NCBI RefSeq assembly: GCF_003334815.1
Contig: NZ_QOWO01000001.1
Source of the DNA: Escherichia coli
GTDB lineage: Bacteria; Pseudomonadota; Gammaproteobacteria; Enterobacterales; Enterobacteriaceae
DNA: 64,000 nucleotides
Reading direction: 5' to 3' (one strand)
Both the position numbers and the translations under genes were made by a program. Position 1 is the first letter of the stretch, and every line of letters starts with the position of its first letter. Below, in pieces: positions 24,808 through 36,710 of this stretch. The notes under the pieces are model-generated. The model saw only the letters and a list, made by a program, of their open reading frames with translations, was not told the origin of the DNA and did no database searches.

Positions 24808-27800
24808 ATGTTGTACGATAAATCCCTTGAGAGGGATAACTGTGGTTTCGGCCTGATCGCCCACATAGAAGGCGAACCTAGCCACAAGGTAGTGCGTACT
24901 GCAATACACGCACTGGCCCGCATGCAGCACCGTGGCGCGATTCTCGCCGATGGTAAAACCGGCGACGGTTGCGGCTTGCTGTTACAAAAACCGGATCGCT
25001 TTTTTCGCATCGTTGCGCAGGAGCGCGGCTGGCGTTTAGCAAAAAACTACGCTGTCGGGATGCTCTTCCTGAATAAAGATCCTGAACTCGCCGCTGCCGC
25101 ACGCCGCATCGTTGAAGAAGAACTGCAACGCGAAACCTTGTCGATTGTGGGCTGGCGTGATGTCCCCACTAACGAAGGCGTGCTGGGTGAAATCGCCCTC
25201 TCCTCTCTGCCACGCATTGAGCAAATTTTTGTGAACGCCCCGGCAGGCTGGCGTCCACGCGATATGGAGCGCCGTCTGTTTATCGCCCGCCGCCGCATTG
25301 AAAAGCGTCTCGAAGCCGACAAAGACTTCTACGTCTGTAGCCTGTCGAATCTGGTGAACATCTATAAAGGTCTGTGTATGCCGACGGATCTGCCGCGCTT
25401 TTATCTGGATCTTGCGGACCTGCGTCTGGAATCGGCCATTTGCCTGTTCCACCAGCGCTTCTCCACTAACACCGTACCGCGCTGGCCGCTGGCGCAACCG
25501 TTCCGCTATCTGGCGCATAACGGTGAAATCAACACCATCACCGGTAACCGCCAATGGGCGCGTGCGCGTACTTATAAATTCCAGACACCGCTTATCCCTG
25601 ACCTGCACGACGCCGCACCGTTCGTCAACGAAACCGGCTCTGACTCCAGTTCGATGGATAACATGCTGGAACTGCTGCTGGCAGGCGGGATGGATATCAT
25701 CCGCGCCATGCGTCTATTAGTACCACCCGCCTGGCAGAACAACCCGGATATGGACCCGGAACTGCGTGCCTTCTTTGACTTTAACTCCATGCATATGGAG
25801 CCGTGGGATGGCCCGGCGGGCATCGTGATGTCCGACGGTCGTTTTGCCGCCTGTAACCTCGACCGTAACGGTCTGCGTCCGGCGCGCTACGTCATCACCA
25901 AAGATAAGCTCATCACCTGCGCCTCTGAAGTCGGTATCTGGGATTACCAGCCTGACGAAGTGGTCGAAAAAGGCCGCGTCGGGCCAGGCGAACTGATGGT
26001 TATCGACACCCGCAGTGGGCGTATTCTGCACTCGGCAGAAACCGATGACGATCTGAAAAGCCGCCATCCATATAAAGAGTGGATGGAGAAAAACGTCCGC
26101 CGACTGGTACCGTTTGAAGATCTGCCCGATGAAGAAGTGGGTAGCCGCGAACTGGACGACGACACGCTTGCCAGCTACCAGAAACAGTTTAACTACAGCG
26201 CGGAAGAGCTGGACTCCGTAATTCGCGTACTGGGCGAAAACGGTCAGGAAGCGGTCGGTTCGATGGGCGATGATACCCCATTCGCCGTGCTCTCCAGTCA
26301 GCCGCGCATTATTTACGACTACTTCCGCCAGCAGTTTGCCCAGGTGACTAACCCGCCAATCGACCCGCTGCGTGAAGCGCATGTTATGTCGCTCGCCACC
26401 AGTATCGGTCGTGAAATGAACGTCTTTTGCGAAGCAGAGGGCCAGGCGCACCGTTTAAGCTTTAAATCGCCGATTCTGCTCTACTCCGATTTCAAACAGC
26501 TCACGACGATGAAAGAGGAGCACTACCGCGCAGATACGCTGGATATCACCTTTGACGTCACTAAAACCACGCTCGAAGCGACAGTCAAAGAGCTGTGCGA
26601 CAAAGCCGAAAAAATGGTACGTAGCGGCACCGTGCTGCTGGTGCTCTCCGACCGGAATATCGCTAAAGATCGCCTGCCGGTTCCAGCCCCGATGGCGGTT
26701 GGCGCGATCCAGACCCGTCTGGTCGATCAAAGCCTGCGTTGCGATGCCAACATCATCGTCGAAACCGCCAGCGCCCGCGATCCGCACCACTTCGCCGTGT
26801 TGCTGGGCTTCGGCGCGACGGCTATTTATCCATACCTTGCCTATGAAACGCTGGGCCGCCTGGTAGACACCCATGCGATTGCCAAAGATTATCGTACCGT
26901 GATGCTCAACTACCGTAACGGCATCAACAAAGGCTTGTACAAAATCATGTCCAAAATGGGCATCTCCACCATCGCCTCTTACCGCTGCTCGAAACTGTTT
27001 GAAGCGGTCGGTCTACACGATGATGTAGTGGGCCTGTGCTTCCAGGGGGCGGTCAGCCGCATTGGTGGAGCAAGCTTTGAAGACTTCCAGCAGGATCTGC
27101 TGAATCTGTCGAAACGTGCCTGGCTGGCGCGTAAGCCCATCAGCCAGGGCGGTCTGCTGAAATACGTCCACGGCGGCGAATACCACGCCTACAACCCGGA
27201 CGTGGTGCGCACGCTGCAACAAGCGGTACAAAGCGGCGAGTACAGCGACTATCAGGAATACGCGAAGCTGGTTAATGAGCGTCCGGCAACCACGCTGCGC
27301 GATCTGCTGGCAATTACGCCGGGTGAAAACGCGGTCAACATTGCTGATGTTGAACCGGCAAGCGAACTGTTTAAACGCTTTGATACCGCCGCGATGTCTA
27401 TCGGCGCGTTAAGCCCGGAAGCCCACGAGGCGCTGGCGGAAGCGATGAACAGCATCGGCGGTAATTCGAACTCCGGTGAAGGCGGCGAAGACCCGGCGCG
27501 CTACGGCACCAACAAAGTGTCGCGCATCAAGCAGGTGGCTTCCGGTCGCTTTGGGGTTACTCCGGCGTATCTGGTCAATGCCGACGTCATTCAGATTAAA
27601 GTCGCCCAGGGCGCGAAGCCAGGCGAAGGCGGTCAGTTGCCGGGTGATAAAGTCACGCCTTACATCGCCAAACTGCGCTATTCGGTGCCCGGAGTGACGC
27701 TGATCTCCCCGCCGCCGCACCACGATATCTACTCTATCGAGGACTTAGCGCAGCTCATTTTCGACCTCAAGCAGGTTAACCCGAAAGCGATGATCTCCGT

Positions 27801-29268
27801 GAAGCTGGTTTCCGAACCGGGAGTAGGCACCATCGCGACTGGCGTGGCAAAAGCTTATGCGGACTTGATCACCATCGCAGGCTATGACGGCGGCACCGGC
27901 GCAAGTCCGCTTTCATCGGTGAAATACGCAGGCTGTCCGTGGGAGCTGGGGCTTGTTGAAACCCAGCAGGCGCTGGTTGCTAACGGCTTGCGTCACAAGA
28001 TCCGTTTGCAGGTCGATGGCGGCCTGAAAACGGGTGTCGATATCATCAAGGCGGCGATTCTCGGCGCAGAAAGCTTCGGCTTCGGCACTGGCCCGATGGT
28101 GGCGCTCGGCTGTAAATATCTACGTATTTGCCATCTGAACAACTGCGCAACGGGTGTAGCAACTCAGGATGACAAACTGCGTAAGAACCACTATCACGGC
28201 CTGCCATTCAAGGTGACGAATTACTTTGAGTTTATCGCCCGTGAAACCCGCGAGCTGATGGCACAGCTTGGCGTAACACGTCTGGTGGATCTGATTGGTC
28301 GCACCGACCTGCTGAAAGAGCTGGACGGTTTCACCGCCAAACAGCAGAAGCTGGCGCTGTCGAAGCTGCTGGAGACTGCCGAACCGCATCCAGGTAAGGC
28401 ACTCTACTGCACCGAAAACAACCCGCCGTTTGATAACGGCCTGCTGAACGCGCAGTTGCTGCAACAGGCGAAACCGTTTGTCGATGAGCGCCAGAGCAAA
28501 ACCTTCTGGTTCGATATTCGCAACACCGACCGTTCTGTCGGCGCGTCGCTTTCAGGCTATATCGCCCAGACGCACGGCGATCAGGGGCTGGCAGCCGATC
28601 CTATCAAAGCGTACTTCAACGGCACCGCAGGCCAGAGCTTCGGCGTGTGGAACGCGGGCGGCGTGGAACTGTACCTGACCGGTGATGCCAACGACTATGT
28701 CGGTAAAGGCATGGCGGGCGGCTTAATCGCCATTCGTCCTCCGGTTGGTTCCGCCTTCCGCAGCCATGAAGCAAGCATTATCGGCAACACCTGCCTGTAT
28801 GGCGCGACCGGTGGTCGTCTGTATGCCGCAGGCCGCGCGGGTGAACGTTTCGGCGTGCGTAACTCCGGTGCTATCACCGTGGTAGAAGGCATTGGCGACA
28901 ACGGTTGTGAATATATGACGGGTGGTATCGTCTGCATTCTGGGTAAAACCGGCGTTAACTTCGGTGCGGGCATGACCGGCGGTTTCGCTTACGTTCTCGA
29001 TGAAAGCGGCGATTTCCGCAAACGCGTTAACCCGGAACTGGTCGAGGTCTTAAGCGTTGACGCTCTGGCGATCCATGAAGAGCATCTGCGTGGTCTTATC
29101 ACCGAGCATGTGCAGCATACCGGCTCTCAGCGCGGTGAAGAGATTCTGGCGAACTGGTCAACCTTCGCCACTAAATTTGCGCTGGTTAAACCGAAGTCCA
29201 GTGATGTAAAAGCACTGCTGGGTCACCGTAGTCGTAGCGCAGCTGAGTTGCGCGTGCAGGCGCAGTAA
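24808..29268 (+). CDS. gltB: Glutamate synthase (NADPH) large subunit
   Basis: Start chosen at [22 protein letters not shown], which gives 1486 aa with the Ntn Cys exposed after an 11-aa propeptide. The frame is open from 24700, and the older 1517-aa annotation would start at 24715 (MTRKPRR). Confidence 0.93.
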   Translation: MLYDKSLERDNCGFGLIAHIEGEPSHKVVRTAIHALARMQHRGAILADGKTGDGCGLLLQKPDRFFRIVAQERGWRLAKNYAVGMLFLNKDPELAAAARRIVEEELQRETLSIVGWRDVPTNEGVLGEIALSSLPRIEQIFVNAPAGWRPRDMERRLFIARRRIEKRLEADKDFYVCSLSNLVNIYKGLCMPTDLPRFYLDLADLRLESAICLFHQRFSTNTVPRWPLAQPFRYLAHNGEINTITGNRQWARARTYKFQTPLIPDLHDAAPFVNETGSDSSSMDNMLELLLAGGMDIIRAMRLLVPPAWQNNPDMDPELRAFFDFNSMHMEPWDGPAGIVMSDGRFAACNLDRNGLRPARYVITKDKLITCASEVGIWDYQPDEVVEKGRVGPGELMVIDTRSGRILHSAETDDDLKSRHPYKEWMEKNVRRLVPFEDLPDEEVGSRELDDDTLASYQKQFNYSAEELDSVIRVLGENGQEAVGSMGDDTPFAVLSSQPRIIYDYFRQQFAQVTNPPIDPLREAHVMSLATSIGREMNVFCEAEGQAHRLSFKSPILLYSDFKQLTTMKEEHYRADTLDITFDVTKTTLEATVKELCDKAEKMVRSGTVLLVLSDRNIAKDRLPVPAPMAVGAIQTRLVDQSLRCDANIIVETASARDPHHFAVLLGFGATAIYPYLAYETLGRLVDTHAIAKDYRTVMLNYRNGINKGLYKIMSKMGISTIASYRCSKLFEAVGLHDDVVGLCFQGAVSRIGGASFEDFQQDLLNLSKRAWLARKPISQGGLLKYVHGGEYHAYNPDVVRTLQQAVQSGEYSDYQEYAKLVNERPATTLRDLLAITPGENAVNIADVEPASELFKRFDTAAMSIGALSPEAHEALAEAMNSIGGNSNSGEGGEDPARYGTNKVSRIKQVASGRFGVTPAYLVNADVIQIKVAQGAKPGEGGQLPGDKVTPYIAKLRYSVPGVTLISPPPHHDIYSIEDLAQLIFDLKQVNPKAMISVKLVSEPGVGTIATGVAKAYADLITIAGYDGGTGASPLSSVKYAGCPWELGLVETQQALVANGLRHKIRLQVDGGLKTGVDIIKAAILGAESFGFGTGPMVALGCKYLRICHLNNCATGVATQDDKLRKNHYHGLPFKVTNYFEFIARETRELMAQLGVTRLVDLIGRTDLLKELDGFTAKQQKLALSKLLETAEPHPGKALYCTENNPPFDNGLLNAQLLQQAKPFVDERQSKTFWFDIRNTDRSVGASLSGYIAQTHGDQGLAADPIKAYFNGTAGQSFGVWNAGGVELYLTGDANDYVGKGMAGGLIAIRPPVGSAFRSHEASIIGNTCLYGATGGRLYAAGRAGERFGVRNSGAITVVEGIGDNGCEYMTGGIVCILGKTGVNFGAGMTGGFAYVLDESGDFRKRVNPELVEVLSVDALAIHEEHLRGLITEHVQHTGSQRGEEILANWSTFATKFALVKPKSSDVKALLGHRSRSAAELRVQAQ

Positions 29269-30699
<1,431 letters not shown>

Positions 30700-30712
30700 G
30701 CGAGGTAACAAT

Positions 30713-30740
30713 GAATTCGCCAGACTGTGTCTGGCGAATC
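30713..30740. repeat. Solo 28-nt palindrome (CAGAC-NNN-GTCTG family), 14 nt after the gltD stop
   Basis: ATTCGCCAGAC (30715-30725), loop TGT, then GTCTGGCGAAT (30729-30739). Both arms are identical to the arms of the first palindrome inside yhcG (37013-37039). Confidence 0.9.
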
Positions 30741-31258
30741 AAATTACTGACGAAGTGCGCGTTGTTTTCTGGCAAATGCGGCATGAGCGTTTGACCTTTC
30801 CTATAATAGGGATAATTTTCAATAAATTGTGCTTTGTTCACCAAGTCTGATGAGTGAAGCACATCAAGCAATTTCTCATTTACAATCCGTCTCAATTACT
30901 TGTTAACACCTCTGACAATACCGATTCTGCAAGCTATTCAGTCTTTTCATTCCATGTAAATTGTCTCGATATTAATATACAAAATATGAATATAAAAAAC
31001 CAATATATTATCCTTAATTATCTATATATTTTCCTATTTTTCAGCGCAAACATTCATGTAATGAATAATTGTCACCACAAACCACCTCACCAGCACCTTA
31101 TTATTCACATGATCGTAACTATAAAATTCATTAAATAAATACATCCCAGCAAGTTGGCTATTTCTGAACGAGTTATTTATTTACATTCACAAACAGATAT
31201 ATATACTGCTTCAGCTTTTTATTTTAAAAAATAAATTTGTTATTAAGGATATGTTCAT

Positions 31259-32023
31259 ATGTTTTTCAAAAAGAACCTCACAACAGCTGCTATTTGTGCA
31301 GCACTTTCTGTTGCAGCATTCAGTGCCATGGCAACAGATTCAACTGATACAGAATTAACTATCATCGGCGAGTATACCCCTGGTGCATGTACCCCAGTTG
31401 TTACGGGCGGCGGCATTGTTGACTATGGGAAACATCATAACAGTGCGCTGAATCCGACCGGTAAAAGTAATAAACTGGTTCAACTGGGCCGCAAAAACAG
31501 CACATTAAATATAACCTGCACAGCACCAACGCTAATTGCTGTAACCTCCAAGGATAACCGTCAGTCGACCATTGTAGCGTTAAACGACACATCCTATATT
31601 GAAAAAGCTTATGATACTCTCGTAGATATGAAGGGAACGAAAAACGCCTTTGGTTTAGGTTCTGCGCCTAATGGACAAAAAATTGGCGCTGCATCCATTG
31701 GTATTGACAGGTCTAATGGTGGGATTCACGCGGCGGACGATACAGGTGAAATTCCTGTCGACCTGATTCAAACTGACCACTGGTCAGCAGCGACCCCCAC
31801 ATGGAAAGCCTCATCTAATGGCGCATTCTGCTCGCTGACAAGTTGCTCAGCAATCGAGCGCGGTTATTCTGTTGCAAAAACAGGGGAACTGACACCTGTT
31901 GCCATTACAGCGGTCACCTTCCCGTTACTGATTGATGCTGCGGTAAATGACAATACTATTCTTGGTTCTGATGAAACGATCAAACTGGATGGTAACGTCA
32001 CTATCAGCGTTCAGTATTTATAA
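31259..32023 (+). CDS. gltF: Secreted fimbrial-subunit-like protein (DUF1120-type), historically named a glt operon protein
   Basis: 254-aa ORF with signal peptide MFFKKNLTTAAICAALSVAAFSAMA. It is clearly paralogous to YhcF: GACTPVVTGGGIVDYGKH vs AACTPILSNGGVVNFGSH, and C-termini IKLDGNVTISVQYL vs IELDGKAVISVVYL. Confidence 0.9.
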   Translation: MFFKKNLTTAAICAALSVAAFSAMATDSTDTELTIIGEYTPGACTPVVTGGGIVDYGKHHNSALNPTGKSNKLVQLGRKNSTLNITCTAPTLIAVTSKDNRQSTIVALNDTSYIEKAYDTLVDMKGTKNAFGLGSAPNGQKIGAASIGIDRSNGGIHAADDTGEIPVDLIQTDHWSAATPTWKASSNGAFCSLTSCSAIERGYSVAKTGELTPVAITAVTFPLLIDAAVNDNTILGSDETIKLDGNVTISVQYL

Positions 32024-32194
32024 GAACTTGTAATACAGTTTTTATTTTTACGCATTAACCAGTTAGCTATAACTCGGACAGATTATGCCCTATGACATGG
32101 TCTGTCTTAATCAATCTCATCGCAAACAGTGCATAACATATATTAACAATATGTTTCTGCGTTATTTATCATTATTACAGGAGTTTTAATTTAA

Positions 32195-32869
32195 ATGCTC
32201 AGACACATTACATTCACTGTATTTATAACAACATCAATGAATACCTTAGCCACAGGGATGGTTCCTGAAACATCAGTATTGCTGGTTGATGAAAAGCGTG
32301 GTGAAGCTAGTATTAATATTAAGAATACAGATGATCATCCTTCATTGCTTTACACCACCATTGTTGATTTGCCTGAAAGCAATAAATCAATTCGTTTAAT
32401 CCCGACTCAGCCCGTTATTCGTGTTGAAGCCGGTCAAGTACAACAGGTTCGATTTTTACTTCAGGCGACTGTTCCTCTGCAATCAGAAGAGCTGAAACGC
32501 GTAACGTTCGAAGGTATTCCACCAAAAGATGACAAGAGCAGCAGAGTTACTGTTTCAATTCGTCAGGATCTACCTGTACTGATCCACCCGGCTTCCCTGC
32601 CGGAAGAGCGAGAGACCTGGAAATTCCTGGAATGGCGTAAAAATGGCGACCAAATTGAGATTAGCAACCCCAGTAATTATGTCGTTCGTATGACCTTACA
32701 ATTTAAAACGCTCCCTTCAGGAAAAACGGGGGCTATAAATAAGACCTATTTTCTACCACACACCAGTACAACTACTGCATTAACAAACGCTACGGATACA
32801 AAAGTCGAGTTTTACCCAGCCAGCCGATATGGTTATCGCGGTAATAAATATGTCACTGACTTAAAATAA
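32195..32869 (+). CDS. yhcA: PapD-like periplasmic fimbrial chaperone
   Basis: 224-aa ORF with a signal peptide and a chaperone-like two-domain pattern, placed upstream of the usher gene. Confidence 0.88.
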   Translation: MLRHITFTVFITTSMNTLATGMVPETSVLLVDEKRGEASINIKNTDDHPSLLYTTIVDLPESNKSIRLIPTQPVIRVEAGQVQQVRFLLQATVPLQSEELKRVTFEGIPPKDDKSSRVTVSIRQDLPVLIHPASLPEERETWKFLEWRKNGDQIEISNPSNYVVRMTLQFKTLPSGKTGAINKTYFLPHTSTTTALTNATDTKVEFYPASRYGYRGNKYVTDLK

Positions 32870-32889
32870 CTTTGCCTGGAGCGACAAGG

Positions 32890-35271
32890 ATGTTAAAAAA
32901 AACGTTACTGGCCTACACCATTGGTTTTGCCTTTTCTCCCCCAGCCAATGCAGATGGTATAGAGATTGCCGCTGTTGATTTTGATCGGGAAACATTAAAA
33001 TCACTAGGTGTAGATCCTAATATATCGCATTATTTTTCCCGTTCAGCCCGTTTTTTGCCAGGTGAATATTCACTGATAGTATCAGTAAATGGCGAAAAAA
33101 AAGGCAACATTGCTACGCGCTTTGATGAAAATGGCGACATTTGTCTTGATCAGGCATTTCTGCAACAAGCCGGTTTAAAAATTCCTTCTGAAGAAAAAAA
33201 TGGCTGTTACGACTATATATTGTCCTACCCGGGTACCACAATCACACCATTACCTAACCAGGAAGCGTTAGATATTATCGTTTCACCACAGGCGATCATT
33301 CCCATAGGGTTGGATCTCACAAACGCAGCAACTGGTGGAACAGCTGCGCTGCTAAACTACTCTCTGATGAGCAGCCGTGCAGAATTTTCTAATGGGAGTT
33401 CGGACTACTCCCAGGCTGCACTTGAAGGTGGGATTAATATTAATGACTGGATGTTACGCAGCCATCAGTTCCTTACACAAACAAATGGCACATTCAGTAA
33501 CCAGAACTCGTCAACCTACCTTCAACGTACCTTTACAGATCTTAAAACACTCATGCGAGCAGGTGAAGTTAACCTCAATAATAGCGTGTTGGAAGGAGCC
33601 AGTATTTACGGTATCGAAATCGCACCGGACAACGCATTGCAAACCAGCGGCAGTGGTGTGCAAGTTACTGGTATAGCCAACACCTCTCAGGCTCGTGTCG
33701 AGATTCGTCAACAAGGAGTTTTAATTCATTCCATTCTGGTTCCTGCGGGCGCATTCACTATCCCTGATGTACCTGTTCGCAATGGTAATAGTGATCTTAA
33801 TGTCACCGTTGTCGAAACAGACGGTAGTTCGCACAACTATATTGTTCCCTCCACCCTGTTTAATCAGCATGTAGAAAGCTTCCAGGGTTATCGCTTCGCG
33901 ATAGGGCGGGTAGACGATGACTATGACGAATCACCTTGGGTAATTAGTGCATCGAGCGGATGGAATCTGACACGCTGGAGTGCAATGAACGGCGGCGTTA
34001 TCGTAGCAGAAAATTATCAGGCGGCATCAATCCGGTCGAGTCTGGTTCCCCTGCCCGATTTAACAGTGAGCAGCCAAATTAGTACATCGCAGGATACGAA
34101 AGACTCACTGCAAGGACAGAAATATCGTCTTGACGCGAACTACAATCTCCCATTTTCACTTGGGCTAACAACCAGCCTCACTCGATCTGATCGCCATTAT
34201 CGCGAACTGTCTGAAGCGATTGATGATGATTATACCGATCCGACTAAAAGCACTTATGCGCTTGGTTTAAACTGGTCTAACTCCATTCTGGGTGGTTTCA
34301 ACATCAGTGGCTATAAAACATATAGTTACGACGGTGACAATGACTCAAGCAACCTTAATATTAACTGGAACAAAGCGTTCAAACACGCCACGGTTTCCGT
34401 CAACTGGCAGCATCAACTTAGTGCTTCAGAAAATAATGAAGACGATGGTGATCTGTTCTACGTCAACATCAGTATTCCATTTGGCAGATCAAACACCGCC
34501 ACACTGTATACTCGCCATGACGATCATAAAACCCACTATGGTACTGGTGTCATGGGAGTCGTCTCAGATGAGATGTCCTACTATGTGAATGCTGAACGAG
34601 ATCACGACGAACGTGAAACGAGCTTGAACGGCAGTATCAGTTCCAATCTCCATTACACCCAAGTCAGCCTTGCCGCAGGAGCAAGCGGCAGTGATAGCCG
34701 TACTTACAACGGTACGATGTCAGGTGGTATTGCCGTACATGATCAGGGAGTGACCTTTTCACCGTGGACTATCAATGACACTTTCGCCATCGCAAAAATG
34801 GATAACAATATTGCAGGTGTCAGAATTACATCTCAGGCAGGCCCAGTATGGACAGATTTTCGGGGTAATGCCGTCATTCCATCAATCCAGCCGTGGCGAA
34901 CATCAGGAGTTGAGATCGATACCGCCAGCTTGCCAAAAAATGTCGATATCGGTAACGGCACAAAAATGATCAAACAAGGCCGTGGTGCAGTAGGGAAAGT
35001 CGGATTCAGTGCGATAACACAACGCCGTGCATTACTCAATATCACACTTTCCGACGGCAAAAAACTGCCCAGAGGCGTTGCGATTGAAGATAGTGAAGGC
35101 AACTATCTGACAACATCAGTGGATGACGGTGTTGTATTCCTCAATAACATCAAACCGGACATGGTGCTAGATATAAAAGATGAGCAGCAATCATGCCGTA
35201 TTCACCTTACATTCCCAGAAGATGCACCAAAAGATGTGTTCTATGAGACAGCAACAGGAGAGTGCCAATGA
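32890..35271 (+). CDS. yhcD: Outer membrane fimbrial usher
   Basis: N-terminus MLKKTLLAYTIGFAFSPPANA at 32890 (793 aa), with the SD AAGGA upstream. Size and beta-rich composition are typical of ushers. Confidence 0.9.
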   Translation: MLKKTLLAYTIGFAFSPPANADGIEIAAVDFDRETLKSLGVDPNISHYFSRSARFLPGEYSLIVSVNGEKKGNIATRFDENGDICLDQAFLQQAGLKIPSEEKNGCYDYILSYPGTTITPLPNQEALDIIVSPQAIIPIGLDLTNAATGGTAALLNYSLMSSRAEFSNGSSDYSQAALEGGININDWMLRSHQFLTQTNGTFSNQNSSTYLQRTFTDLKTLMRAGEVNLNNSVLEGASIYGIEIAPDNALQTSGSGVQVTGIANTSQARVEIRQQGVLIHSILVPAGAFTIPDVPVRNGNSDLNVTVVETDGSSHNYIVPSTLFNQHVESFQGYRFAIGRVDDDYDESPWVISASSGWNLTRWSAMNGGVIVAENYQAASIRSSLVPLPDLTVSSQISTSQDTKDSLQGQKYRLDANYNLPFSLGLTTSLTRSDRHYRELSEAIDDDYTDPTKSTYALGLNWSNSILGGFNISGYKTYSYDGDNDSSNLNINWNKAFKHATVSVNWQHQLSASENNEDDGDLFYVNISIPFGRSNTATLYTRHDDHKTHYGTGVMGVVSDEMSYYVNAERDHDERETSLNGSISSNLHYTQVSLAAGASGSDSRTYNGTMSGGIAVHDQGVTFSPWTINDTFAIAKMDNNIAGVRITSQAGPVWTDFRGNAVIPSIQPWRTSGVEIDTASLPKNVDIGNGTKMIKQGRGAVGKVGFSAITQRRALLNITLSDGKKLPRGVAIEDSEGNYLTTSVDDGVVFLNNIKPDMVLDIKDEQQSCRIHLTFPEDAPKDVFYETATGECQ

Positions 35272-35813
35272 AACGGATAATAACAGGATGCCTGCTGCTG
35301 AACTTCGCCATGGCCGCTCAGGCAGAGTGTAATATCTCCAGTAGCATACAAAATATCGACTATGGCAAACGAAGTGCTGCCATGCGCCAAGTTGACCGGG
35401 GTAAAACAACACAATTAGCAGACAGAACAATCACGCTGGTAATGCAATGCGATCAGGACGCTCATATTCGTGTTCAGTTGAATACCGCTAATATTTCCAA
35501 CAACGGATTTGGATTTGGCCCGAATGGTTCATTAAATCTGATCGCCAGCGATGCATTTTCAGGTAGTAACAATCTCGACCTGGCGTTAGCCAGTGGCAAA
35601 AATGACAATCCGGGCAGCACAGGAACAGCATCAATTAGTACTTCCCCCAATAATTGGCTGGTGTTTATGCAAAATGGTCAAGAAGTGGTAATTGATAGCG
35701 GTAAAAGCGTTAGCCTCACACTGACAATGGCTCCAGCTTTTAAGGATGAAGGGGAACTAACCGACATGACAGATATTACAGGCAATCTGACGGTCCTGGT
35801 GGAGGCAAAATGA
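35268..35813 (+). CDS. yhcE: Secreted putative fimbrial minor subunit, uninterrupted here
   Basis: The ATG at 35268 overlaps the yhcD stop (ATGA), with the SD AGGAG upstream. Signal peptide MKRIITGCLLLNFAMAAQA. The ORF is 181 aa with a Cys pair like GltF and YhcF. Confidence 0.8.
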   Translation: MKRIITGCLLLNFAMAAQAECNISSSIQNIDYGKRSAAMRQVDRGKTTQLADRTITLVMQCDQDAHIRVQLNTANISNNGFGFGPNGSLNLIASDAFSGSNNLDLALASGKNDNPGSTGTASISTSPNNWLVFMQNGQEVVIDSGKSVSLTLTMAPAFKDEGELTDMTDITGNLTVLVEAK

Positions 35814-36526
35814 ACAATGTAAAATTACTGATTGCCGGAAGTGCCTTTTTTGCCATGTCAGCGCAAGCCGCTGATAGAGTATCAATTGACGTTAAGGTGA
35901 CTCTGGAAGCTGCAGCTTGTACTCCAATACTAAGCAACGGCGGAGTTGTTAACTTCGGTAGTCATTCAGTCAATAGACTTTCAACGCAGCACTACACACA
36001 GATTGGAACACGTAATATTAATATGACTATAACTTGCGAATCCGCTACCGGCATTGCGATTACCGCTCGTGATACACGAATGGATAGTATGACCACCGGA
36101 AAAGATAGTGGGGGTCAGAGTGGTGTAAAATATACCTTAAATGGCGGAGGTTATATTAGCCAGACAACGCGCTTATTCGGCTTAGGGAAAACAAAAGATA
36201 ATAAAAATATCGGTAGTTATGCCGTGTTAATTGATAGCAACAACATTAGTGCCAGCAATGGTAGCCAGACGTTAGCTGTATCAATAGCAGGTGCAGATGC
36301 CGTCATAACAGGGCAAAAAAGAGCATGGCAAACGCTCACCGCTTATCCGCTTGCAGTCGATCAAAGCTATTATTACACCTTTGTAAAACCAGGTGAAACA
36401 ACCCCAACTCCTGTAACGAACGCCATTATACCGCTTCAGGTGAGCGCATCTATCGCGAATGATTTAGGCGGTTCAGAAAAAATCGAACTTGATGGGAAAG
36501 CTGTGATAAGCGTAGTCTACTTGTGA
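35810..36526 (+). CDS. yhcF: Secreted fimbrial-subunit-like protein (DUF1120-type), GltF paralog
   Basis: 238-aa ORF with signal peptide MNNVKLLIAGSAFFAMSAQA. Its ATG overlaps the yhcE stop (ATGA). Confidence 0.88.
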   Translation: MNNVKLLIAGSAFFAMSAQAADRVSIDVKVTLEAAACTPILSNGGVVNFGSHSVNRLSTQHYTQIGTRNINMTITCESATGIAITARDTRMDSMTTGKDSGGQSGVKYTLNGGGYISQTTRLFGLGKTKDNKNIGSYAVLIDSNNISASNGSQTLAVSIAGADAVITGQKRAWQTLTAYPLAVDQSYYYTFVKPGETTPTPVTNAIIPLQVSASIANDLGGSEKIELDGKAVISVVYL

Positions 36527-36710
36527 TAACAATGCCGGACAGGAGTACTATCAGGCATTCGTTTTATACGATCGGTTAATGTTTCAGGAAAGCTCTTCGC
36601 ATATCTTGGGGAAAGTAAATGTAATACGCTGTTCTTAATTGTTCAGTGCTCACCCCCCAGAGTATAGCTCATTCCATTATTCAACTTAGCTCCATATAAA
36701 GGGACAGATA

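Noticed and set aside
30854-31138. 94-aa ORF in the AT-rich region upstream of gltF.
   Set aside because: The translation is low-complexity and I/N/K/F-rich, as expected from AT-rich non-coding DNA. It has no SD and no recognisable domain.
36530-36560. AATGCCGGACAGGAGTACTATCAGGCATT downstream of yhcF, which resembles a REP fragment.
   Set aside because: Only a 6-bp stem (AATGCC/GGCATT) with a large loop is present. The match to the REP consensus is partial, so I could not support a REP or terminator call.
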